NCBI GenBank assembly: GCA_002269645.1
Contig: NIVC01000522.1
Location: 486,996 to 550,995, forward strand
Direction of reading: 5' to 3'
DNA length: 64,000 nucleotides
From: Macrostomum lignano
Lineage: Eukaryota
Positions within the stretch are counted from its first letter, which is position 1; each line of letters starts with the position of its first letter. The notes below the pieces were generated by a model. That model made no database searches. It was not told the DNA's origin and worked only from the letters and a program-made list of their open reading frames with translations. This document shows positions 33,688 to 45,634 of this stretch, piece by piece. The position numbers and the translations under genes are program-made.

Positions 33688-36600
33688 ATGGATTCCAGTT
33701 TGGAGTCTTTGTTCCTACAGATGAAGAAATGCATTGTAGAATGTCGATCAGATATTCTGCGAGTCATGCTGTCTACTGGTAAGAGGGCTGGGTGGAGGGC
33801 CACGGAGGGGTAGAAAGGGTGAGGAAGAGGATAGAGAGGGTGAGGGAGAGGGAGAGAGGTAGTGAGGGAGAGAGGTAGTGAGGGAGAGAGGTAGTGAGGG
33901 AGAGAGGTAGTGAGGGAGAGAGGTAGAGAAGGTGAGGAAGAGAGGGAGAGAGGTAGAGAGGGTGAGGGAGAGAGGTAGAGAGGGTGAGGAAGAGAGGTAG
34001 AGAGGGTGAGGGAGAGAGGTAGAGAGGGTGAGGGAGAGAGGTAGAGAGGGTGAGGGAGAGAGGGTGAGGGAGAGAGGTAGAGATGTAGAGAGGGTGAGGG
34101 AGAGAGGTAGAGAGGTAGAGAGGGTGAGGGAGAGAGGTAGAGAGGGTGAGGGAGAGAGGTAGAGAGGGTGAGGGAGAGAGGTAGAGAGGGTGAGGGAGAG
34201 AGGTAGAGAGGGTGAGGGTCACTGAGGGAGAGAGGTAGAGAGGTAGAGAGGGTGAGGGAGAGAGGTAGAGAGGGTGAGGGAGAGAGGTAGAGAGGGTGAG
34301 GGAGATAGGTAGAGAGGGTGAGGAAGGGAGGGAGAGAGGGAGATGTAGAAGGTAATGATGTTCAATTGTTTGCTAGAACGAACTAAAACTTTACAGAAGC
34401 TATATTTAGCAACAGGCGGATAGTGAAAGTTTTAAACGGCCGTAAACAGTCTGATAAGAAAGAAAAGAGGGAAGTTGACCGAGGCGTGGGACAGGCTATA
34501 TTTAAAAGTAATAAAACTGGACCTTCGTACTCCACGCGCACAAAGAGGCCTAAAATATCGATCGTGCAACTATTATACGAAGCGCTCTAAATAGGTCGTA
34601 CACAACACACATAACATTAAAACGGCGCAATTGGGGGCCAGAGCTCGCAAAATACACAGAAAATAGAAAATAATACGATTATTATTGTCAGCGTTTATGC
34701 ATAAATCTGACAGAGGGAGAGAGGTAGTGAGGGCGAGGGAGAAGTATAGAAGTAGAGAATGGGGTGAGGAAGAGAAGTAGAGTCAAGGATATAAATTAAA
34801 TTATTGATTATTTTCGCATTGAAAGCCTGCCGGATTTTATGTAAGAAAATTGAAATGAAGGCATTCAAAAGCTCTTAGGCTGAATTAATCATTTTTGGGC
34901 GTGGCTGCTTAAGAGTTCTCTGAGAAAGACGCACTTTAATTAGACAGATCGTATAGATTTAAACTGCCAAATCAATAATCTTATTTATTTTTATTGCTGT
35001 TTTCAAATGACTCGTTTCAGTTGAAAGCGCCGACCAAGAGAAACTGCAAAAGCTGATGCAGTACACAACTAATGAGGGCTCGCTTCTGCATATCGCCTGT
35101 CAGGTAATTTATTGCCTGATGTTTTGTTCTAACCAAATATTCTAGAAAACTGAAATGATCTGTATTTTATTTATGCGATTGCTTGGTACTTTAGTTCACT
35201 CAAATCGGTTTTGTTTAGGTCTCAATCCCCTGTGTTTAGGTCACCATCCCCAAGTGTTTAGGTAGTTTAGGTCACCATCCCCAGTGTTTAGGTCACCATC
35301 CCCAGTGTTTAGGTCACCATCCCCAGTGTTTAGGTCACCATCCCCAGTGTTTAGGTCACCATTCCCATGTTTAGGTCACCACCACCAGTGTTTAGGTCAC
35401 CATCCCCAGGTTTAGGTCACCACCACCAATGCTTAGGTCCCCATTCCAAGGTTTAGGTCACCACCACCAGTGTTTAGGTCACCATTTGCCAGTGTTTAGC
35501 TTAAATCTATTTAGGTCACAGCTGTCCAGTGCTTAGTTCACACAGATAGACACATTTCCCTCTAATTCACTCCTGAACCCCTCAGCAAAAGATGCTGGAC
35601 GGCATCCGCATCCTGCTCAACACGGGCATCGATCCGCGGTTATTAAACGAATCACAGAAGACCGCATTGGCCGATGCAAACTTTCATCCGGACATTTTGG
35701 CCGTATTCCTGCAGCACTGCATCCAGTTAATATCTCAGGCTAAGTGAGTTAAGCGGTCTGTCTGTCTGTGTGTTTTGTCTTTTTCTTGTTTGTCTCTTGT
35801 GCATTTGATGAAATGCATTTAAATTTGTCCAAGTATGCCTTGCAATGCAGTATTTGTGGTCTAATCAAATATGATTTTACATATCTTATATGCACGGTTG
35901 AATTCATGTATATAAGATTTTTTTGTGCAGGAAGAAATTAATGAGTTTTTTTAATTCCGCAGATAAACGCACACACTGTTAATTCTGTAACAAAATAGCC
36001 GTAGCCTTTAGGTTTGGTCTTCTCTTGCTAATTAGTGCTCTGATTAGGACTAAAAAACTGAGTCAAGCGTTTTTTGACATTACATTTTTAAAGGATTGCT
36101 TTTTTTGTTAAGTTGTCTCTTAAACAATATTACTATCGTTAAGGTCACACTTGGTCTTGCTTCAAGTCATTAAGGCGTTGCTAAGATCATTGGAATGGCG
36201 CTAGAGGTCATTGGGGTGTCGCCAAGGTCATTGGGATGTCGCCAAGGTCATTTGGAGTTTTTCCAAGGTCATTATTGGGGTGTCGTCAAGGTCCTTGGGA
36301 TGTCGCCCAGGTCATTGTGGTTTCGCCAAGGTCATTGGGGTGTCGCTAAGGTCATTGGGGTGTCGCTAAGGTCATTGTGGTGTCTCCAAGGTTATTGCAG
36401 TTTTGCCAAGGTCATTGTGGTTTTGCCAAGGTCATTGGGGTGTCGCTAAAGTCATTATTGGGTCGCTAAGGTCATTGGGGTGTCGCCAAGGCCATTGCAG
36501 TGTCGCCAAGGCCATTGTAGTGTTACCAAGGTCACTGAGATGTCGCCAAGGTCATTGGGATGTCGCCAAGGTCATTGGGGTGTCGCCAAGGTCATTGGGG

Positions 36601-39600
36601 TGTCACCAAGGCCATTGGGGTGTCACCAAGGCCATTGTGGTGTCACCAAGGTCATTGTAGGGTCGCCAAGATTATTGTGGTGTTGCTAACGTCGTTGACA
36701 TCTCGCTAAAATAGTTGCAGTGTCCCTAAGGATGTAAGAACGTTGTTAGAGCGCATGTACATTCGATGTTGCAGAGGCCATGCATTTGCTTCGTTAATGA
36801 ATAAAATCATAACCCCCCCCCCCCAAATGGCAGCACGGAGGGCCTGGTTCGCATGCTGCAGATTGGCATCTCCGTGAACAGTCTGGATCGCACTGACAGT
36901 CAGCAGAACACCCTGCTGCACTGGGCCTGCCATTTTGCCCAGCCAGCCTGCGTCAGACTGCTTCTAGAACGAAGTGCTAATCCTAACGTAGCCAATAGAG
37001 ATGGCGTGACTCCTTTGCATCTGTGCTTGATTAAAGCTGACCTGGAGCTGGTCCGACTGCTCATTCAATACGGCGCTAATCCGTCAGTCTATGTGAAACA
37101 GGGGTGAGTCATTATAATTGTTGTGCTGTTGTCTGTTGAAATCTTGAGCCTTGTTCACGTTCACCTAATCTATTCACATTTACACCTGATCTATTCACGT
37201 TCACACCTGATCTATTCACGTTCTCAACTGATCTATTCACGTTCACAACTGATCTATTCGCGTTCACACCTGATCTATTCACGTTCACACCTGATATATT
37301 CACGTTCACAACTGATCTATTCGCGTTCACACCTGATCTATTCACGTTCACACCTGATATATTCACGTTCACAACTGATCTATTCACGTTCACAACTGAT
37401 CTATTCACGTTCACAACTGATCTATTCATGTTCACACCTGATCTATTCACGTTCACAACTGATCCATTTTGCGTTCACCCCAATATATTCCTATTTCAGC
37501 ATTAGCACCTTTTCAAATCACCCTCTCGCCGAATCTATTCTCTTTCACATTTCCACTGTTGCCATCTCACGTCTAGGCCATTCACGCTGGCTTACAGTTA
37601 ACCGAATAAATAAATAAATTCCCAGCGTTATCGCTTTCTCTCATGCGTTGCCTCACGTGACGATCTATCTGTGCATTATAATATAGTATTATTATTATTT
37701 AGCCTAAATTGCCAAGTTGAAAAAAATATAATTCTTTTACTTGTAAAAGTGTACAGTATATAATGTATGAAATGTTAATTTATTGCATTGTTCCACACTG
37801 TCGCAGCTAGTTTGAGGTCAGCCAGTTGGGGCACAGGACGGCTTTGAGAGAGAGAGAATGAAACACTTCTCAGAGAGGCCCATTTGGTCTGTTTGGGCGT
37901 TGCTCGTCTTGTTTCCTGAACATTTTTTTTATTTTCTATGTGTGCATGATTCGAAAATATGCTCGCGTGTTTCTGTGTGTGTGTTGCCCTCACTCTTCTC
38001 TTCTCTTGCTATAATTGTTCTTGTATTGTAGGTTTGCTAATTTTAGAAACTCGAAGCTGAGTAAGTAGACTGGGTGTTCGACTGCACTTTGTAATGTGGG
38101 TACGGTTGGTAGGTAGGTAGATATGTAAATTGATAGGTAGGTAGGTAGGTAGCCGGTAGGTAGGCGGGTAGATAGGTAAGTAGGTAGTTTGGTAGGTAAG
38201 TAGTTAGGTAGGTTGGTAGGTTAGGTAGGGTTGGTAGGTAGGTAGGGTTAGTAGGTAGGTAGGGTTGGTAGGTAGGTAGGGTTGGTAGGTACGTAAGGTT
38301 GGTAGGTAGGTACTTACGATGCTAGGTTGGTTGTTAGATTGGTTAGTAGGTGGGTAGATGGGTAGGTAGGCGGGTAAATAGGCAAGTAGGTAGGTTGGTA
38401 GATAAGAAGGTTAGTTCGTTGGTAGGCAGGTCGGTAATTAGGTAGGTAGACAAGTTGGTAGGTAGGTGGGTGGGTAGATATACAGGTAAGTAGGTAGGTA
38501 GGTAGTTATGTAGGTAAATAGGTAGGTAGATTAGTTCCTATAGATTAGCAGCTTTTGCCATATCGGCAAAAATACTAAGAGAAATTATGAAAATGCTAAA
38601 TATCTAGAAGAGTCTACTAGTTAGTAGACCAGTTTGCTTTTAGTTATATTTTAGTCACATTGATTTGAGACTTTCCGTGTTGGTATGCAATTCTCTCATC
38701 GCGATGGCTTCAAACACACAGTGTGTACATGTACAACTGCCTGACGATTAGGGAGCCAGCGCCGCTGTACACTTTGCGTGAGCGACGTGTTTGCGTACAG
38801 CATGCGTGTGTTTCGTCAGGGAGTCAGTGGAATGTTCATGACTAACTGCAATCGTATCAAATATTATTATTCTGCTTCTCAACTTCAAAACAACAGCTGT
38901 TGCTAGGGAAGTAATATAAAATATAATATACAGGTAATCCCCACAATGTATTCCCCTATAAATTTCCCAATAGCAGTGATCCGCCTCACCAACATGCTCA
39001 GGCCTTATGCGGACAAGAATGGTTTCGATCTGTGCAGCTTGAGCGATAAGTCTGTCCAACTGATGCAGCTCATATCCCAGCAGCATCATCAGCAGTCTCA
39101 GCAACAATTGTACTCGCAGCCAACTCAAATGTCGGCAGCTTCATCAACTTCGCCATCAGTGGCTAACGGTTCCGACTCTGGCGCCACTGCCGCCGCCGCG
39201 TCGGCGGTTGCTGCTCCAGCAGACGAGGCGCGCGCCCGGCCAATGAACGGGTCCGACTTCGCCAAGGACTCCGTGCTGGACAGAGCGTTCTGGCCGAGAC
39301 CGCAGCAGTCTCAGCTGCTTATTGGCCAGCATTTTCGACTGCCAGTTGGTCAGCAACAGCAGCAGCAGCAGCCGCTGGTGCTGTCTTTGAATCATCAGGA
39401 TGGCGAGCCGGCTCTGCACTGGCTGGCTGGCAGGCTGGCACAGTTCCGCCCCAGGACCCTGGTGGTTGCCAAGCCTGTGCAGGGAGTGTCGCTTGAGATC
39501 GGGCACCGGGTGTGCAGGGGCCGGCCTGAGGGCTATTATCTGGAGGTCACCAGCTCCGGCATCAGGCTGCTGGCTGCCGATGTTCGCGGCCTGTTCAACG

Positions 39601-42600
39601 GGGCTGCGGTGAGGGCTGAAACCGGTTTTCTATGGGGTTTTTAGGCTCCGATTTATTGGCGATTTTTGCAGGACCATCAGAGAGATTTTAATCGAGATCA
39701 GGGTGAGATTTTTATTATGTCAGCTATTCAGAGTTAGGTTGTGAGACAGATTTTGAGGCTACCACAGGGGGAGGTTTTGAGACTGTCAAGGTGAGATTTT
39801 GAGGCCATCAGGTGTGAGATCTTGAGGCTACCATTTTAAGATTTTCAGATCATCACAGGGTGAGATTTTGAGGACATCACAGGGTAAGATTTTGAGACTA
39901 TCATGGTGAGATTTTGGATCTTTCAGGGGCCGGGTGACATCTTGAGACTATCGGGGTGAGATTTTGAGGCTACCATTTTAGGATTTTCAGATCATCACAG
40001 GGTGAGATTTTGAGGCAATCACATGGTGAGATTTTGAGACTATCAGGGTGAGATTTTGAGACTATCAGAGTGAGATTTTCAGGTTGTCACAGGGTGAGAT
40101 TTTGAGGCCACCAGTTTTGAGGCAATTATTGGGCTACAAAAATGATTTTACTATCAAGTACTAAACAATGTGAAACGGCTTGCCTTTAAATCCAATAAAC
40201 CAGCAATTGATTGATAATAAACCGCTCACGCCTCAGGTGCTGTCATCCCTGCTAACAGTCTGTGCAGAGATCTCAATGGGCCTGGTGCCCGGCATCAGAG
40301 TGTGGGACTGGCCCACCACTCTGGTTCGCGGCGTTCTTATCGACTGCTCCTCGGGCCTGCTGCCTCGGCCGGAGGCTCTCATTAGCGTAGCCGAGTCTGC
40401 CGCCTGCATGCGGGCCAACCAGCTGCACCTGTTCTTCCGGTTGGGCAGCACCGCGCACGCCTGTCCGTACGCGCAGGAGGATCTGCGCAGGGTGGTTCGG
40501 TCTGCCCAGGAGCTGTGCCTCACGCCTGTGCTAGCCATTGATATTGGAATTGCAGTGTCAGATTTGACTCAGGTGAGCAAGGAGCTGCTGGCTTAGACCA
40601 TTTAGGATGTCGATAATCCTTCAGTGTCAAGTGGATTTAGGATGTTGATAATCCTTCAGGTTTGAGTAGATTTAGGATGTCGATAATCCTTCAGGTTTGA
40701 GTGTATTTAGAATGTCGATAATCCTTCGGGTTTGAGTGGATTTAGAATGTCGATAATCCTTCAGGTTTGAGTAGATTTAGAATGTCGATAATCCTTCGGG
40801 TTTGAGTGGATTTAGAATGTCGATAATCCTTCAGGTTTGAGTGGATTTAGAATGTCGATAATCCTTCAGGTTTGAGTGGATTTAGAATGTCGATAATCCT
40901 TCAGGTTTGAGTGGATTTAGAATGTCGATAATCCTTCAGGTTTGAGTGGATTTAGGATGTCGATAATCCTTCAGTGTCAAGTGGATTTAGGATGTCGATA
41001 ATCCTTCAGTGTCAAGTGAATTTAGGATGTTGATAATCCTTCAGGTTTGAGTGTAATTAGAATGTCGATAATCCTTCGGGTTTGAGTGGATTTAGAATGT
41101 CGATAATCCTTCAGGTTTGAGTGGATTTAGAATGTCGATAATCCTTCAGGTTTGAGTAGATTTAGGATGTCGATAATCCTTCAGGTTTGAGTGGATTTAG
41201 AATGTCGATAATCCTTCAGGTTTGAGTGGATTTAGAATGTCGATAATCCTTCGGGTTTGAGTGGATTTAGGATGTCGATAATCCTTTAGTGTCAAGTGGA
41301 TTTAGAATGTCGATAATCCTTCAGTGTCAAGTGGATTTAGGATGTCGATAATCCTTCAGTGTCAAGTGAATTTAGGATGTTGATAATCCTTCAGGTTTGA
41401 GTGTATTTAGAATGTCGATAATCCTTCGGGTTTGAGTGGATTTAGGATGTCGATAATCCTTCAGGTTTGAGTGGATTTAGGATGTCGATAATCCTTCAGG
41501 TTTGAGTGGATTTAGGATGTCGATAATCCTTCAGGTTTGAGTGGATTTAGAATGTCGATAATCCTTCGGGTTTGAGTGGATTTAGGATGTCGATAATCCT
41601 TTAGTGTCAAGTGGATTTAGAATGTCGATAATCCTTCAGTGTCAAGTGGATTTAGGATGTCGATAATCCTTCAGTGTCAAGTGAATTTAGGATGTTGATA
41701 ATCCTTCAGGTTTGAGTGTATTTAGAATGTCGATAATCCTTCGGGTTTGAGTGGATTTAGGATGTCGATAATCCTTCAGGTTTGAGTGGATTTAGGATGT
41801 CGATAATCCTTCAGGTTTGAGTGGATTTAGGATGTCGATAATCCTTCAGGTTTGAGTGGATTTAGAATGTCGATAATCCTTCGGGTTTGAGTGGATTTAG
41901 GATGTCGATAATCCTTTAGTGTCAAGTGGATTTAGAATGTCGATAATCCTTCAGTGTCAAGTGGATTTAGGATGTCGATAATCCTTCAGTGTCAAGTGAA
42001 TTTAGGATGTTGATAATCCTTCAGGTTTGAGTGTATTTAGAATGTCGATAATCCTTCGGGTTTGAGTGGATTTAGGATGTCGATAATCCTTCAGGTTTGA
42101 GTGGATTTAGGATGTCGATAATCCTTCAGGTTTGAGTGGATTTAGGATGTCGATAATCCTTCAGGTTTGAGTGGATTTAGAATGTCGATAATCCTTCAGG
42201 TTTGAGTGGATTTAGGATGTCGATAATCCTTCATCATCCCGCCAGAACACGTCGATCCCCAACGCTCCCGCAGGTGCAAAGCCAGGCAGATGTATTGCTA
42301 GGTGCTTTCCCGCCGAACTGCCCGATGCACCTGGGCCCCCGTCTGTCCGCTCACCTGGCCCAGGGCCCTGAACAGGAGGCGCCGGTCTGGCTGGGCCTCG
42401 GCCGGCAGCATCTCTACTTGGCCTCGTCCGGTTTCTCATTGCCGCCCTGGCTGCAGAAACTGCCAATCACCTGCATTGATCACTGCCTGCCCAGAGACCG
42501 GCCCGAGGACCGGGCAACCTATCTGCACTCTGCGCTGCCAGAATTCGTTCTGGCGCCCGCCACAGGCGCGTGGCTGTCGTTCACCGGCTGTCACAGTCTG

Positions 42601-43723
42601 CAGCGGACTCGCCTGTGTCCAGGTAAACACAGTTTCTATAGATCGTCTTGTACCCTGTAGGATTAATAGAGCTGCTGCACTTTCCAAATGAAATGATTTC
42701 TTGGAATGTCCACGCATCAAATCAATGATTTATTGAGTTGAGCCGGACGCATTCCCTGAGTCCAATATCTCGACAGCTCTACAGGCCTATAGATGGAATA
42801 TCTGGACACCTGCTTTGTGTAAGAACGTAAGAATATAGCGTGCACTGCATCGTGGTTGTGACGTGAACTCCTACAGACCACTGTTGATTTGCCTAATGAA
42901 GAGCAACGTGTGTTGTGATGGTCGATTCATTGACAGTGAATGAGCCAGTCTCTGAACACAGTGGAACAACTGATATCGCTACCGCAACGACGCTGACCAA
43001 CACTACTGGCAATGTAGAATCTCTGTTTACTTAATACGACGGTTTGGCCATAGACTATGTTGTTAAATGCACACTTCGTCGTGTTATAATTTGCTCCCCT
43101 GTTCCCTTTAACCAGGCCTGGCCAAGAGCCTCACCAGCTTGCCCGGCCTATCAGGCGTGGTCTCCTGCGACTGGGACGGCGGCGGCATCGGGCCGCACCT
43201 GCTCACGAGCCTGCCGGTGCACGCTGTCACTCTGGGCCTCGCCTGGAATCCCGCCGTGCTCAACAACGGGGCAGCCGATGACTCGTCAGCCGTGGCCGGC
43301 GCCGCCTCCCGCTGGCTGCCGGAGCCCCTAGCCAAGCTGGAGCCAGCCGAGAGCGCCGTGTCGCAGGCTGACAAGCCCAGCCCGTTCCAGGCGTTGTTCT
43401 GCGGCCTGCTGCCCGATCAGGAGATCGAACTCAGGCCCGTGCCCAAGTTGCATTTGAAATCGCCTGGCGAAGGCACGCCGGAGGAGCGGCTGATTGGCTT
43501 CACTGCCGAGCTGGCCTTGCTGTGCTACCACATGCTGGCCAAGCCGATGGCGTCACCGGCTCAGCGGACCGACTGCGCCAATCGGGTGATCAAGTTGAAG
43601 CAGGCGGCCCGGCCGGCTTGGGCTGGCGTCTATCTGAGCACCCAGCATCTCAACACTGCTCTGGCCACCTTTGACACTTTGGTTAGTAGATTGCTGAACT
43701 CTGTGGACCTGCCGGATATCTGA
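33688..43723 (+). CDS. Ankyrin-repeat + GH20 (hexosaminidase)-like protein; exons 33688-33778, 35021-35103, 35586-35743, 36834-37103, 38032-38060 (putative), about 38974-39608, 40237-40572, 42274-42622, 43116-43723
   Basis: Phase-compatible GT-AG splicing. ANK motifs SLLHIAC, NTLLHWAC, GVTPLHLC. GH20 domain-2 motif EGYYLEVTSSGIRLLAADVRGLFNG, then WDWP..VRGVLID...ANQLHL...YAQEDL. Exon 1 and the micro-exon are less certain. Confidence 0.82.
33800..34350. repeat. Purine-rich minisatellite (GGGAGAGAGGTAGAGAGGGTGA-type)
   Basis: Begins just after the donor site of exon 1 of the ANK-GH20 gene. Confidence 0.93.
35215..35500. repeat. About 21-bp minisatellite (TGTTTAGGTCACCATCCCCAG)
   Basis: Intronic tandem array. 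Confidence 0.92.
36150..36690. repeat. 20-bp minisatellite (GTCGCCAAGGTCATTGGGGT)
   Basis: Intronic, degenerate tandem array. Confidence 0.92.
37155..37470. repeat. 21-bp minisatellite (CTGATCTATTCACGTTCACAC)
   Basis: Intronic. It gives the (HLIYSRS)n spurious ORF. Confidence 0.94.
38105..38535. repeat. Degenerate (AGGT)n microsatellite
   Basis: Directly visible, intronic. Confidence 0.92.
39700..40120. repeat. Degenerate about 22-bp minisatellite (GGGTGAGATTTTGAGACTATCA)
   Basis: Intronic. Confidence 0.85.
40600..42232. repeat. 35-bp minisatellite (GATTTAGAATGTCGATAATCCTTCAGGTTTGAGTG) with a 315-bp higher-order repeat
   Basis: About 46 units. The diagnostic variant ATCCTTTAGTGTCAAG recurs at 41281, 41596 and 41911. 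Confidence 0.96.
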
Positions 43724-43849
43724 GATTAACCCCATCGAATCTGAATTTATCTCTCGAATTTTAACAAGAAATGTTGCAAATTTGTTCAGTTTCAACTGTC
43801 TAAAATCGATGCTCTGGTTTAACAACTTTATTTTATTCTCAACTCTAGC

Positions 43850-44745
43850 ATTCGGGTTTGAGTTCGGGATTGGGTTTGGGTTTGAGTTAATTGGGCTTGG
43901 GTTTGGGTTTGAGTTAATTGGGTTTGGGTTTGGGTTTGAGTTAATTGGGTTTGGGTTTGAGTTTGGGTTTGGGTTTGAGTTAATTGGGCTTGGGTTTGGG
44001 TTTGAGTTAATTGGGCTTGGGTTTGGGTTTGAGTTAATTGGGCTTGGGTTTGGGTTTGAGTTAATTGGGTTTGGGTTTGAGTTTGGGTTTGGGTTTGAGT
44101 TAATTGGGCTTGGGTTTGGGTTTGAGTTAATTGGGCTTGGGTTTGGGTTTGAGTTAATTGGGTTTGGGTTTGGGTTTGAGTTAATTGGGTTTGGGTTTGA
44201 GTTTGGGTTTGGGTTTGAGTTAATTGGGCTTGGGTTTGGGTTTGAGTTAATTGCGCTTGGGTTTGGGTTTGAGTTAATTGGGCTTGGGTTTGGGTTTGAG
44301 TTAATTGGGCTTGGGTTTGGGTTTGGGTTTGGGTTTGGGTTTGAGTTAATTGGGCTTGAGTTCGGGTTTGAGTTCGAGTTAGGGTTTGTGTTCGGGTTTG
44401 GGTTTGAGCTTGGTTCGGGTTTGGGTTCGTGTTTGAGTTAATTGGGCTTGAGTTCGGGTTTGGGTTCGGGTTTGGGTTTGAGTTCGGGTTTGAGTTCGAG
44501 TTAGGGTTTGTGTTCGGGTTTGGGTTTGAGCTTGGTTCGGGTTTGGGTTCGGGTTTGAGTTAATTGAGTTTGAGTTCGAGTTTGAGTTAATTGGGCTTGA
44601 GTTCGGGTTTGGGTTCGGGCCAGAGTTAATTGGGTTTGAGTTCGGTATTGCATTTTACAAGATTGGGTTTGGGTTAACATGGTTTGGTTCGGGTTTGGGT
44701 TTCGGTGATTGGGTTTTGGGTTTGAGTTCAGGTTTGGGTTGATAG
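43850..44745. repeat. (TTTGGG)n-based satellite with GAGTTAATTGGG interruptions
   Basis: Strongly G/T-biased, with an internal 120-bp periodicity (lines 43981 and 44101 are identical). Confidence 0.94.
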
Positions 44746-45634
44746 ACACATGACAGTTGGTAGACCCATAAAGGCAAACTATATTTTAGCATAATTAATG
44801 AGTTATTACCGATTGCTTGATAAAGTTTATCGAGAAAGTTTGTATAATCTGTTAGTGATTGTTAGCCATTGACTCTTCTAGATTAGCCTAGTCCATCCTC
44901 ATAACACACTGTTGGTAATGTTACACTTGCTGCTCTGTTAATTTTAACTTTTTCTCTTTTCCTTCGCTATTCTTAGATGCCAAAATATAGGACGCGTTGA
45001 GTTCTAGTAGTGCACTTTTATTATTATTGCTTATTACTAATATGGTTAACAATGTGTCTCTGGTTAGATCATCAATAGTGTTATTAGCGGCAGTGCCTAT
45101 TTGCTTTTTTAGTCTCTGATAAACTTTCATTTCTTGTTTCGATGCAGAATCATCATATCTGTGAGAGACGCATGCCTGTCTATTTTGCTTCATCTTCAAT
45201 CACTGTTCTGTTGCACATGTCCTTGTACATCTTTTATCTTCTGTTTGACAGCTATTATAGCACTAATTATTGTATCATTATTGTTGTTTCATTTGGTTTG
45301 CTATGCGGCTGTGTTACTTGAGACACCATAAATATTGTGTCTGGTATAGTGCATATGCGCACTGTAAATCAGCTAAGTGTTTATCTTTGCTAGCTTAATG
45401 TTTCTTTTTAGCTCGAGCGCTTTAGCGTTAACTATACTGCTTGTTCGCTTTGCTGGAAAGTTCATATAATTCTATTAGAAGGATGATATAAAATATATAA
45501 TAAAATTAGTGCATTCAGCGCCTAAAAAGTCCTTTAAGTTGAACAAACTAAGCCTATATGCTATTCAATTGTTCTCAATGTCATAGCTTATGTTGAGTTT
45601 TTTGTCTGCAATTTTGAATAATGAATTGGCGCTA

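Noticed and set aside
40600-42232. 35-bp repeats resembling a CRISPR array in size
   Set aside because: Units are head-to-tail with no unique spacers, lie in a spliceosomal intron, and there are no cas genes.
44921-45331. Short ORFs in the AT-rich stretch before the mariner
   Set aside because: No domain, splice pattern or codon signal supports coding.
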